Assembly (NCBI GenBank): GCA_976551045.1
Contig: CDPCPM010000013.1
Span: forward strand, 5,084,001-5,148,000
Length of the DNA: 64,000 nucleotides
Direction of reading: 5' to 3'
Source: Glaucostegus cemiculus
Lineage: Eukaryota
Below the pieces are notes generated by a model. The model made no database searches and had not been told where the DNA came from. It saw nothing but the letters and a program-made list of their open reading frames with translations. Shown here in pieces: positions 35,701-48,931 of this stretch. Position numbers and translations under genes: made by a program. Each line of letters starts with the position of its first letter. Position 1 is the first letter of the stretch.

Positions 35701-36774
35701 ACAAGAATGGTGAACTATACTTCTGATTTACTTCTCCAATTATATTCATCTAATTGTAGTGTCACAAGATTCCACCTTTTATTCTTACCTCCCTTCAAAC
35801 TCATCTACTTAAGTTGTTTTTTTTTCACCTGGGGCAAAGAATGCAATGATTGAATGCATCTCTGAAGTATTTTGGTGGGGCACACTCCCATTAACTTTGC
35901 CATCTAAACTAAAGAATGGAATCAATGAACACTTAATTGATTTACACCATATGTTTTCAATCATGGGTCATACCTTTAAAATGTAATTGAAGTATCTAGG
36001 TACATTATATAGAGGCATATTAGTGCTTTCAGTTTTACTGCCTTTGGCATTTTGACTATTTATGTTGCTTTTGCTTATTTCATTGTCTCTGAAAGAACTG
36101 TTTAATTTACTCCTGGTTTGCTGAAGGTCATTTAGTTTGTAAATAACTTAACCATTTGTTTACTTCAATCTCATTCTCTGAATCCATGTCAATACCAGGA
36201 CATTGTGACCAAGACCAATTCAAGTTCGCCATTCCTTGGATAGAGCAGAACATATCCCTCACTCTACCAGTTAGAATTCTTAATCACAATTTCTTGGCAT
36301 ATATAATAACCATTGCTACTGTATTTCTTCAAATCAAAATTTCTTCAAGTTCTAACCAAGTTTCCCATTGTCAGCAAAATAACCATTTAGATTGAGAAAT
36401 GCATCAAACCAACATGATGTACTTCTGCTTTTACTAAGACTGTTCCATGACAGCTGCAGTTTCATCAATTTCCAGTTTATGTAGGAAAGAGCAGCCATTA
36501 GCAGGGCTTAAATGTTGACATTATCAGGTGTATATCTGACCCTGGGAAAACATAAGAAGCACAAGAGTGATGGAAGTGCCTGATCCAATTTCAAAAAAAT
36601 ATCTATAATTATGCCAGGAAATAATCGTGAGTGCAATTTACTCCCACAGTTAAGAACATGTCCCTGGACTGCTTTGCCAATGGGATTCTGAGTCATGGTC
36701 ACTGTCAGCTCTTCAGTCCAGATTGCTGTTGTTACTGCTCTTTGCCCACAGCTCAGTTTGCTGCTTCCTGTTGC

Positions 36775-37460
36775 ATTCGAATCAGAATCAGGTTTATTAT
36801 CACTGACATATGTCGTGAAATTTGTTGGTTTGCAGTAGCAGTACAGTGCAAGACATAAAGACATAAAAATTATAATAAGTTACAAAAATAAATAGTGCAA
36901 ATAAAGGAATAATGAGGTAGTGTTCGTGGGTTCATAGGCAGTGCAGAAATCTGATGGTGGGGAAGAGGCTGCTCCTGAAATGTTGAGTGTGGGTCTTCAG
37001 GCTCCTGTACCTCCTCCCCAATGGTAGTAATGAGAATAGGGAATGTCCCAGCTGTTGAGGGCCCTTAATGTCACCTTCTTGGTGCACTGCCTCTTGAAGA
37101 TGTCCTCAATAGTGGGGAGGATTGTGTCTGTGATGGAGCTGGCTGAAGCTACAACCCTTTGCACCCTCTTTCGATCCTGCCCAGTGGAACCCCCATAGCA
37201 GGCGGTGATGCAACCAGTTTGAATGCTCTCCACTGTACATCTGTAGAAATTTGCAAGAGTCTTTGGTGACACACCAAATCTCCTCAAACTCCTAATGAAA
37301 TAGAGCTACTGACGTACTTTTTTACATGATTGCACCAATGTGTTGGGCCCAAGATAGATCCTCTGAGATGTTGACACCCAGGAACTTGAAGCTGTTCAAC
37401 CTTTCCACCGCTGACTCCTCAATGAAGAGTGTTCTATCAGCTTTCCCTTCCTGAAGTCCA
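36775..37460 (-). mobile_element. Rex1/Babar LINE, another subfamily
   Basis: ORF 36997..37287 reads RRFGVSPKTLANFYRCTVESIQTGCITACYG; (tgattc)n tail. Confidence 0.88.
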
Positions 37461-38349
37461 TAATCAATCTATTCCTTGGTCTCTCATATTAGGGAATTAA
37501 GGAAGTTACCCATACTTTATCCTCATTGATCGGAGACTTCATTAATTTTCCTTTAGCTGGCAACAACAGAGCATAGGAATGGGCATTTCTCCACATTGCA
37601 GGGTTCCCTACAGTACAGTCAGACATGGAATGCACTCATGTTCTTACAAAGATCTCCCTGTCAACCTCCTACCTTGATCACTTGGCTTGTAGTCCTGTAA
37701 GGTCTCCACAACACATTTCCACAAAGATGAGGTCTTTCACAAAGCACTTTCAAAACAAAGGTCTCCTATCAACCTGCCCCTTGTGTACAATGCTGGCTTT
37801 CAGCAATAAATGGTGAGACCCTGGAAAATGTTCCTTATCTCAGGAGCCAGACATCCAAAATAAAATTCATTGTCACCTATATCAGCACAGTTTTTGGGCA
37901 TTTAAGCAAACAAGTATTTGAAAGATGAAAACCTCAAACCTGGAACAATTTCAATGGCATTTATCCTCATGTAGATTTCTGTGACAAGAATTACCTTCAG
38001 CAGGCACCTTAAACCAGTGGGGAAGATACTGCCCACGCTATCACATCAATCGATCGTTAGGATTAATGAGTCAAAGTCAGTGGCCTTTCCTGGGTCAACA
38101 TCTCCAGGATTAGGGCCCAAATTTTACTCAGCCATCTCTGGCAGCCAGACCACATTGTTTATATGGAGACACAAGAGACTGCTGATGCTGGAGGAACTCA
38201 GCGGGTCCGGCAGCAAGTACGGAGGGAAATGGACAGTCAATGTTTTGGGTCAAGACCTATCATCGGGACTGAAAGATAGAGTGGAGATAGTCAGTATAAA
38301 GAGGTGAGGGAAAGGAGTGGAGCAAGATCTGGCAGGTGATAGAGGGGTG

Positions 38350-39052
38350 TGTTATGAGAAAGGTTATTTTTGTATCTTAAACATAAAGGTATCTGGACAC
38401 ACAGTCTTTGTGCTTTAAAAGGAGGATTTTATTTACAAAAACTGATGCGGGAACAGAATGTGAAGGAACAAATGCACCCTTGTGAACTTGCACTTGGGTG
38501 ATCGCGAAATGTGGGTGAAGTCGCNNNNNNNNNNNNNNNNNNNNNNNNNNNNNNNNNNNNNNNNNNNNNNNNNNNNNNNNNNNNNNNNNNNNNNNNNNNN
38601 NNNNNNNNNNNNNNNNNNNNNNNNNNNNNNNNNNNNNNNNNNNNNNNNNNNNNTGATCAGGGAACAAACAAATATGTTGTTAAGAAGCAACGGCTCTACA
38701 CTACTGGGAATCTACTTAAGATGCTCCGAGACCCCTGTGGAAGTGCACCCTCTCACTTGTGTTCTCGACCCCTGAAGCAATCGGAAAGAGAGTGAACTGT
38801 CCACATGTACCATCTTCTACAGGGCTGGAGCTGAGTAGAGCCCGTTCAGGTAATTCAAACAAGCCGATGATTCAGGGTCAAGAACAAAGGTGAGTTACAA
38901 GTCAATCCTCAGGTATGTTCTTGATGGGTGGGGCGGAGTCAGACCCTTGATTGACAGTGGGGTAGCCTCCGACCCGATAGGCAATGCTATCATCCGACCA
39001 TAGGGGTCAGTAGTGTTGTCACTGCCATCTGACCCCTGGCCTTTCATACTAC
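38350..39052. mobile_element. Probable solo LTR (contains the assembly gap)
   Basis: TGTTATGAGAAAGG...CCTTTCATACTACA imperfect inverted ends with flanks ggtg/ggtt. The Penelope sequence resumes on both sides. Confidence 0.55.
38525..38653. other. Assembly gap (129 N)
   Basis: Run of n. Confidence 1.
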
Positions 39053-42039
39053 AGGTTGATAGGCAAATGGTGGGTGTAAGAGGGAAATAGTGACAGAGGC
39101 TGGGAGGTGAACGGTGGAGGCAACAAAGGGCTGCAGATGATTGAGTCTGATAGTAACAGAAAGTGGAACATGTGTCCAAATAAGGGAGGTGAGGTGGAAA
39201 TATCCAGGGGAGGGGACCCAGGTGGAGCTCTGTGTGTGTGTGTGTGTGTCTGTGTGATGGACAGATGGAGTGGGTGGAGGAGGGGAATGAAACAGGGTGA
39301 CTGGGGTTTGGGATGGGCGTAGGAGGAACTGGGTCAATCTGGAGGAGAGAGAAAAGGGGACAGACAGGGACATACATCAGATTCTCAGAATGGACAGTCT
39401 ATTCTGAGCTGCATCATGGCAGGATGTTATCAGGTGGACAGAGGAGAATGTTCAAGGATGTCCTCAGCTTCCTTGAACATTCTCCTTCTCCACTGAGTCC
39501 TGGGAATTCATGGCTCCATTTCACTCAAAGTGGAGAAAGAGCATTGAGGATAGTTTTGGGGTCCCCGAGTCTATTCATCAGGAGCCCACAAAAGCCCACA
39601 GTAAGCAGAGGGAGTGCACCACCTCCCAAGCTATCCACCTGTCCCATTGCAAAAAAGTCTGCAGGTTTCATGTTGGCCTCGTCAGGCACCTCAGAACCCA
39701 AAGAACTGGAGGGGAAGCAAGTCATTCTCGATCCCAAGAGACTAATCAAGATGTCTAGAAGCACTTATTATTTAGAACAAAAACAATTACAGAGCATTAC
39801 TAATTTCAGAGAATGACAGATGATTCTGAACATCATGTCAAGTAAGATCAAGGTGATGACATGAACGAAGGACAGATCTATAATACTAAAATGTTAACCT
39901 CTAAACTGCATGGTTCTCAAATACTTAAAATTACCCTGAGTATGAGGAAACTTGGCCAAGCCTCCCATCAATCCACAGACAGATGAGTCATAATTCTAAT
40001 TAAAATGAAACAGAGAGAAGCTCAGTTTCGGCTTACACTATTGTCAACATCCGCCATCGACAATGGGATCTTGATGCTAATTTATGTTTCCAATATTCAC
40101 AAGTCAATGAGCTGCAGAGAAGCTGTCTCACAAAGAAATACAGGAAAACTGACAATGAAGAATACAACACAGTGGTCTGGCTTAAATCCAAAGCACCAAC
40201 TAGACAGGACTTAAAGTCCATTATGAGCTGAAATACTTGAGAACTTCATTGTGATTCTGACATGATGGAGGGAAGTGTAACCTTAAATGTGATTGACAGT
40301 GACTATGCTGTTTGAAGTTTTGAACAGGAGACTTTCATTGCCTAATAAATGGCACATCACAGACAAGCTGGCATTCTGTTTGTTAAAAAAACCACATGCA
40401 GATCTCATTGGGTCAGATTACTGTGGAGACGTTCCATTGTTTTCTGTGGAGGAACTTGTGCCTTATTGCACTTGTGGTATTTACCAGACTGCAGATGGGA
40501 ATAGTTGTGCAGAGGAACACTTCTTCTATAGAAACAGAACAATCAAAGCTCCTTTTACAAGAGGCAGGGAAAATATTGCTTTTTTGTGATGAATGCTGTA
40601 ATTTAAAATGATCTGTTAATGTACATAGCTTCACACATGATTCTGCACTCCTGGGCAGCTTGGATTCCAGAATCATGGCTTCGGAAATATAGACCAGTCT
40701 TCCTAACTCTGACTCACATTTCCTGGGGCTGTGGCTTCCTTTTGGGAGTCAAGTTCACGGAACTCTCTCTTTAATTGATACTTAGGTAGGTGCATTGAAA
40801 CATTTTGAAATGACTGCAGTCTTCAACTGCTGATTAAAACCACCAGCTTCTGTTAGCCACTGCAATTTAGAATTACCCCAGCAAGATGTTGGGCCCAATG
40901 GCACAGATTGGGGCTCATACGTAATGGCTGCTTCCTGTAGCCACACTATAATTTGCAGCCATACAGTTCCCAATGCAATGCCAGTATTATCACTGCAGCC
41001 CTCCCAGGGTAGGGTTCTAATGGTTGCCAGACTGCTGATGGCAGGAACTGAAGACTTCCTTTATGGCCTTCTAATGTTATTCAAATGATGATCAGAGATA
41101 TTTGGAAACAATTGAAAAATAAACTTTACCAAAAATATAAAATTTAATAATTATAAATTTGTGTAAAACAATTGACACTGCTGGTAATTAACAAAAGTAT
41201 AATTAAGCATTGAACTGAAGAAAGATAAGCAAAATACTTACTTAGCCTAACCTTTTAAATAAAATTCGGCTACCTCACACAAGGTGTGTCAGCTACAACT
41301 GGTGTAAAGCTAAGGGATGAGACATGAACTGTATCCAGCCCTTTGACTCAGCAATTTACAGAATGTGTTAGATTAATGCAACTGACATCTTTGACTTCCA
41401 TGTTGCAGTGTGAAGGTGTAAAAATCTGCAGTAACCAACCATTCTCCATGTATCTACTGGATGGCTGGCAGCACATTCTCACCCATTATTTGAATTTCTG
41501 AGATATATTAGTGGCAAAGCAAAAGATTCCAGTCACTGCTGTGAGCATCAATATTATTTATTAGTAAAATGCTGTCTGGATTATAGTGTTTGTCCAAAAA
41601 TTGACAAGCCAAAGCACATTTGTCATTCTGCTAGATTCCTACTCCTCAACAGCTAATAAGCTAATGTCAACTTTCATGATGGAACGATGGGAATACAGAC
41701 CGCTGACATGCAGACAAAATGCTCAGGAAGTGTCACTTGCTGTCTACATATCCAGATTTCTTGTTATATCTCTGAGTTAAAAATTAATGGGTCCAATTCA
41801 CGTTCCAGTATTGAATTTGGGCTGCCACTCTCACGCATTGTTGAGGGAGAAATGATGGAAATAATGTTAAATAGTCCAACTAAATTTCTTCTCAGAAGGT
41901 AACTAAAAATCCTGTGGTACAATGGGAAGAAAACAGGAGAGTTCTTCACTCAACTTCACCAAAAACAGATCAGCTATTTGGTATTTCTGGGACATTGAAA
42001 TCCACAACTTGACTCCCTCTTTTTGCATGAGGATATTTA

Positions 42040-42298
42040 ATTTAATTTTTAATTTTAGTTTTATTTACAGCGTGGTAACAGGCCCTTTCGGCCTAGCAAG
42101 TCCATGCCGCCCATTTTAAACCCCCAAATTAACCTACCTGTACATCTTTTAGAATGTGGAAGGAAACCAGAGTACCTGGAGGAAATCCAAGCAGACAAGG
42201 GAGAACATACAAACTCCTTACAGACAGCAACGGGAATCGAACCCCGATCGCTGGCGCTGTAACAGCGTCGCGCTAACCACTACGCTACCGTGCTGCCC
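42040..42298 (-). mobile_element. HE1-type V-SINE (CR1-type tail)
   Basis: Reverse-complement match to the copies at 3473 and 9556. Confidence 0.9.
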
Positions 42299-44034
42299 TT
42301 AAATATGAAAGATAATATATAAATTCAGTATTCATCATTTGCTTTCTACTGTTTTAAGGGAACTGGAGTAAACCTGTGGTCAAGCAGGGAATATGTCATG
42401 TATTTCAGTAGAGTTAAATGGATTTTTATATGTACCATAGGATTTACTTCACTTGAAAGCAAAATATCTCTGTTAGAATGTGGTAAACTGCTAGATAAAT
42501 ATATTGAATAGTAAACAGATGTGTGGCTTTAGATTCACTGTCATCGTCAAGATGCTCAGGTAATGATAGCAATGTTAGGGCTTTGAAGTAACATTAAAAA
42601 ACTGAACTTTCACATACAGTAATTTCCATGCTGCTTTGTTTCTAACTAACCATGAAGTTTCCCTTTCTAAGTCAGATGATAATTAACAATTGAAAACTCC
42701 ATCCCAAGATTCATCACTACATAGCCCAATGAAGCCCCATTACAGTTGACAGTCAAATATATATATAATCCCCAGAAGTGTCCACAGTATCCATATGATT
42801 GAACTCAATGACTTGTCCCCCTCCAATGAATGGTCAACCGTCCCAAAAGTTTCTGAGCCATGTGAGCCATGTTCCACCTGAAAACAATGTCAACAATCTC
42901 TGTTTGAATTGAGAGTGGCCAGATTCATTTTGCATCTCAATTTTGTCTGTTTTAATATAACACCAGGAGAACACTAATTGCTACAAATGGTTCATTTTAA
43001 CCCTGTGTCTACCAATAGCACAAGTCAATAAAACAACTCATAACAAACAACAATCTTCATTCTTTTATGTCTCTGATGTCATCCCCAGACATAAGGTGTG
43101 TTTGTGTTTATTCTTGTCAGAGAACTATTTTTCAGAAATAATCAACTCAATTGATTGTATGCAGCGCAAACAAAAATTCATCAAAATGGATGGAAAGAAT
43201 CCAGACGTTTTTCCACTCAATGTTATATGCATTCAGTTAGAAACTATATAACCTCCTTGCAGTGGCAAAAGTAAGATTGATGTCCAGGCCAAGTTGAAGG
43301 AAAACATCTGGAAATTCCTTCTCAAAACTCCCCATGCAATCAAATTATTGATTATGTAATACCTTCCCACTGTACAAGGTGGTCTGTATTCCAGCCAGAA
43401 AAAAATATCCAAATTTTGCTTGAAGGAATACTGTGATTAAGTGTTCACTGCACAAACTAGCAGCCAGTTCCATGTGACCATTCTTCTCTGGGGAAATTCA
43501 TCCCTTGTCAGTAGCATTAAATGTGACTGCAGCTCAAACCCCACTTTGGAAATTTAGTTCCATTGATTTTATTAACATTTCGGAAGCAGAATACAATGTA
43601 GAGCCATGCTCCGCCTGACAGCAATCTCAACAATGCCTGTTTGAACATTAAGATTGTCCAACATAAGCATGCTCAGTGCCGATGATCAGGGATGAATTTC
43701 TATGCACACATCATCTATTATGTAATCAAATAACATAAGATAAAGTCCCAAATAAGGTAAGATTGTGACTTCTGGTCCTCTCCCCATCAGCCACCAAGTC
43801 TTTATAATTATTTAATTGAGACAAAGCACCCACATGCACAATCTTACAAACACATACTAAATCTCTAAAATTTGACTTTTCTTTAAAGTACAGAGCCACA
43901 GCATTTTGAGCCAATATTGCCTTCACCATTTTGCTAATTAGTGCATTTATTCTTTAGTGTTCAAGGATCATGTTAAACACCTGCACTCAGGAACAGTTAG
44001 GAGTGTATCAGAAAATGAAATGACACCATTTAAT

Positions 44035-44795
44035 CAATACATCAATGGTGCTGAGGTCGAAAGGGTTGAGAGCTTCAAGTTCCTGGGTGTGAACATCACC
44101 AACAGCCTGTCCTGGTCAAACCACATAGATGCCACAGCCAAGAAAGCTCAACAGCACCTCTACTTCCTCAGGAGGCGAAAGAAATTTGGTTTGTCCCCTT
44201 TGACTCTCACTAACTTTTAGAAATTCACCACAGAAAGCCTCCTATCTGGATGTATCACGGCTTGGTATGACAGCTGCTCTGCCCAGGATCGCAAGAAGCT
44301 GCAGAGAGTTGTGGACACAGCCCAGCACAGCATGGACACCAGCCTCCCCTCCTTAGACTGTGTCTTTACCTCTCATTGTCTTGGTGTAGCGGCCAGCATA
44401 ATCGAAGACCTGACTCATCTGGGACATTCTATCTTCTCTCTTCTTCCATTGGGTAGGAGATAAAAATGCCTGAGGGCACATGCCACCAGACTTAAGGACA
44501 GCTTCTACCCCACTGTGATAAGAATATAGAACGGTTCCCTTATACAATGAGATGGTGTATGACCTCATGATCTACCTTGTTGTGATCTTGCACCTTATTG
44601 CACTGCACTTTCTCTGTAGCTGTGACACTTTACTCTGTAACTCTGTTACTGTTTTTACTGTACTACATCAATGCACTTTGTACTAACTATGTAACTGCAC
44701 TGTGTAATGAATTGGCCTGTATGATTGGTTTGTAAGACAAGCTTTTCGCTGTACCTCGGTACCAGTGACAATAATAAACCAATACCAATACCAAT
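44035..44795 (+). mobile_element. Rex1/Babar LINE 3' fragment
   Basis: YINGAEVERVESFKFLGVNITNSLSW..HLYFLRR and tail aataaaccaataccaataccaata. Confidence 0.92.
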
Positions 44796-45085
44796 AATTT
44801 GATGGAATATATGTGTCAAACATAGATGGTTAATCACTGGAATTATGGAAACATTTCATAGTTTTTATCAGTCAACAAACCAAAGTACTTATAAAGATAA
44901 TTGTGACTTAATTATTATGTCAAATAGAACTAGTTAATAATTAATCTTATAATATTTCTCACATTATAAGATATATTAAGTGTAGTACCATGGAGTTACA
45001 CAGCATAGAAGCACGTGTTTGCTTCATCATTTCAATCCCAGCTCTTTAAGATAACTTTTGGTTGTTCTTCCCCACAGCCTTTTGG

Positions 45086-45126
45086 CTGAATATACACTGA
45101 ATATACACTGAATATACACTGAATAT
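45086..45126. repeat. 11-bp tandem repeat (ctgaatataca) x3.7
   Basis: Read directly from the sequence. Confidence 0.9.
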
Positions 45127-47204
45127 CCAATTCTCCGTTAAAAACTTCTTGGAGGATTTGCTTCCAATCCCTCTCATGCAATGCATTTCAAATCTTACTA
45201 ATTGACAGGTTATAAAATGATTCATGCCCCACTCACCCTTCCTCCCAGTTCTTTTGTCAATGTTTTGTCTTCTGGATATTGACCCTTTTTCAATTAGGAC
45301 TTTCTCCTGATCAATTCTATCAGAATACCTTATAACTACATCATTCAATCCCCCGTATTGATGATAAGTAAAAAAATTATGTTCTCTATTATTCACAATG
45401 AGTTGATTATGCAGACACTCACCCTACTTCCCAAAGTCCCCTCTAAATGCTCAGATGCGTGGAAAGAAATCCTGAATCTGGATTTTTATGATGAATAATG
45501 TAGCTAGAGTTAAGAATAATTAAGCAAAAAGATGTCAATGGAAGAAGGAAAGCCTTATAAATAGTATGTAGAGCAGTAGTTAAGGAAGACCCAAGACAGA
45601 TGAAGTAACATGCCGATGAGAGAGAAACCGGATAATCCCAGGGCAGGGAGATAATGGAAACGGAGCATGGAAATCTGATGCCAGGAAAGTGACTAACCAG
45701 AAGGGCTGATAAAAATTCCATAATGGATTTGAAAGCAAAAATATGTCAGGGAAAGATGGATATTACAAAAAAATCAAATTTTCTTTACCTTTATTTTAAT
45801 GGAAAAATCATTAGCACATTCTAATTAATTTGCTCTCAATAACCTAGAATTATGACATATCACAGGTACTTGATGTGGTTTTCTATTGTAGGTAAAGCAT
45901 TTCAAGAAGTTTTATTATGCATTCTCCCAAAACATTATTTGGTTCCTATAAAATAAACTGTGAAATTCATGATTGGGTCTGTATCTGTTGCAATTAAGGT
46001 TGTCAGGCAATTCACATTAAAAAGAAAGATAGCATTTCATTCTCTTCATTCTGGACTCAAATTGATTGCTTATGAATTTTCAACATCAGTGAAGTTGCAT
46101 TGTTATTATGTTACCAGATTAGTGATCCAGGGGTGCTGGGAAATCCTTTATGTCGACTAGACTGGACAGGCATCCCTTATTTTAATGATTCCTCTAAAAG
46201 GTGGCACTTCCAAGAACAGCAAAGTATGGAAAATAGTGAAAAGGACTTTGAACAAACATGTGCTCTCTGCCTGTCTGTATTGTAGCCAAATTTACTGAGG
46301 ATACAAAGTAAAATGGGAAAGTAAGTTGTAACAGCATGCAAAGAGTATGCAAAGGGATATGGATAGGTTTAACAAGTGGGCAATTATTTGGCAGATGTGG
46401 GGAAATGTGAGGTTATCTACTTTGGAATGAAGAAGAGCGAGGTTGCGTAACATTTCAATTGAGTCATAGAATTGTAGTCACAAAGTAATAGCGTCATCCA
46501 GCACAGAAACAGGCTCTTTGGCCCATCATGTTTGTGCTGACCATTAAGCACCCATCTATACTAATCACATTTACCAGCATTTGGTCTGTAGCCTTCTATG
46601 CCTTAGTGATTCAAATGTTCCTTAACTTTTGTGAGGGTACCTGTCTCTACCACCTTCTCTGGAGATACTTTTCAAATTGCAACTACCATTTGGGTGACAA
46701 AATTCTTCCTCTGATCCCCTCCAAGGCCTTTACTTCTCTCCTTATATTTATGCCCTTTTGGTCACAGGCAACTCTGACATGGGGATAAAGTGTCTTATCA
46801 TCTGCCTTGTACTGATTGGCTTGGAAACTGGAGGCAGAGGATAGCGGTGAAGGGTTGTTTTCATGATTGGAAGTCTGTGACCAGTGCTAGAACCTTTTGA
46901 TGCTTGTGATAATCATTAGTGACTTAGATGTAAATGTAGGTGGTATGATAAGTTTGTCGATGAATCAAAAATTGCTGTTGTAGGTAACAAAGAAGGTTGT
47001 CTAAGACTGTGGCATAGTATACATCAATTAGAAAGTTAGGCAGAATGATGGCAAACGGAATTTAATCCTGACAAGTGGGATGTGATGCATTTTGGGGGAG
47101 CAAGCAAGAGTTGGCCGTACACAGTAAATGGTAGGGCCCCAAGGAGCAAGGGATCTTGAGGTATGAAGTGCAGGACAGGTGTATAAATTGGTGAAGAAGG
47201 GATA

Positions 47205-48435
47205 TGTGTCCTCAGCCTCCTCTACTGCCAGGTTGAGGCCAAATGTGAACGAGAGGAACAGCACCTCATATTCCATCTGGGCAGTCTACAACCCAACAGC
47301 ATGCATTCTGAATTCTCCAGTTTCAGTAACCTGCTCCCCTTCTGTCCCTTTCTCTCTTTTTCTGGTCCACCTAGTTCTACACGCATCCAACCACAGCCCT
47401 AGCCCCTGATCATCTTGTTTCTTTCCCATCCTCCACCCACTCACAACTCCCACTGGATCCCCTCCCCCCCAACTGTTCCCATCTGCTCTCCCCATCTGCC
47501 TCATTTGGTTCGATGCTCCACCTGTCTTTCCTATCAGATTCCATCGTCTGCAGCCCTATGGCTTTCCCTCTTCCATTGTCAACAAAGCCCTTCATCCATT
47601 TCCCGCCCCTCTGCTCTCACCCCATCTCCCCTGGGACAGAACAGGAATGGAGTTCCACTGGGATCTTCACCTTCCACCCAATCAGCCTTCGCATTCAGTC
47701 GATCGTTCCCTGCAATTTCCTCCACCTGCAAAGAGATTCCACCACTAGACCCATCTTCCCCCTCTCTTCCCCTTTCAGTATTTCAGGGACCATTTCTTTC
47801 ACAACACCCTGGTCCACGTTTCCATTCTCACCAAGCAGCCCACCTCTTCAGAACTTTCCCTTGCCACCACAGGTGATGCGTTGTTTGTCTTTTCACCTCT
47901 TCCCTTTCCGCCCTCCAGGGAGCCAAAAGATTTTTCCAAGTGGAGCAGCAACTCCCTTGCACTTTTTGCAATCTAGTTTGGGTGATCCCTTTGCAGACCA
48001 CCTGTGTCCAGTTTGCAGGGTGACCCTGGATTTCATGTTGCATGTTGTTTATTGTTATTTTCCTCCCTACTTTTCTTTTTTCCCTCTGGAAGTGGAGGAC
48101 ATGCCCAGTCTGACCCGCCAGGCATGTCTTCCTGCTCTGCATTTCACAACTCTTAACATTCTTTTGTTTTTGGCTATGTTCTCACTCTCTAACTGCTCCC
48201 ATTCACTCATTGACCAAATAACCTTGTTTACAATGGCCACCCTGGCTTTACCCCATCAGAGACATTTCCCCTTCCCCCACCCTCCCTGAAGCTTAATGCT
48301 TAAGCTTCTTTTGTCTCCTTCCCAGTTCTGACAGAGGACCTTTGACCTGAAAGGTTAGCTCCATTTCTCTTCCCACAGATGCAGCCTGATCTGGCACATA
48401 TTTGAGATTTCCAGCATCGGCAGGCTTTGTTTCAT
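47205..48435 (+). mobile_element. Penelope-like element in a partial-tandem arrangement
   Basis: The C-terminal EEQHLIFHLGSLQPNSMHSEFSSF piece comes first, then an upstream ORF remnant (about 47620-48040), then the terminal repeat with a hammerhead-like motif at 48324. Confidence 0.75.
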
Positions 48436-48648
48436 TTTCACAAGAGGACAGAGGTTTATGGTGAGAGGGAAGAGGTTTAGAGGGGAGCTGAGGGGGAATT
48501 TCTTCACAATGATGGATGGTTGGACTTTGGCATGTGCTGCCTGAAGAGGTGGTGGAGGCAGAAACTCTCACAACATTTGAGAAGTTATTAGATTTGAATC
48601 ATCCAAGACAAAGAAGAATACGGTCTTAATGCAGGTAAATGGGATTAC

Positions 48649-48931
48649 GGTAGTCTAGTGGTTAGTTTAACGCTTTACAGCACCAGCGACTCGGGTTCAA
48701 ATCTGGCCACTGTCTGTAAGGAGGTTGTATGTTCTCCCCGTGCCTGTGTGGGTTTCCTCTGGGTGCTCTGGTTTCCTCCCACATTCCAAAAGACATACAG
48801 GTTGGGAAGTTGTGGGCATGCTATTTTGGCGCTGGAAATGTGGCGACACTTGCAGGCTGCCCCCAGAACACTACGCAAAAAGATGCACATCGCTGTGTGT
48901 TTCGATGTACATGTGACTAATAAAGATATCT
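48649..48931 (+). mobile_element. V-SINE, second subfamily (Rex1-like tail)
   Basis: Same head and V-domain as 30799; tail gtacatgtgactaataaagatatct. Confidence 0.88.

Larger units (their letters stand above)
38165..39370 (-). mobile_element. Penelope 3' repeat inserted in the RTE element
   Basis: gacacaagagactgctgatgctggaggaactcagcggg terminal motif, hammerhead-like motif at 38234-38271, and a purine-rich body like 1960-2450. Confidence 0.75.
37620..39750 (+). mobile_element. RTE-clade LINE remnant split by nested insertions
   Basis: The left part has a FGHLSKQVF-like motif and ends at HIVY (about 38164). The right part resumes at about 39371 with YSELHHGRMLSGGQRRMFKDVL and the C-terminal HCKKVCRFHVGLVRHLRT. 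Confidence 0.75.

Noticed and set aside
47513-48289. 258-aa + strand ORF
   Set aside because: It is an out-of-frame read through pyrimidine-rich Penelope remnants.
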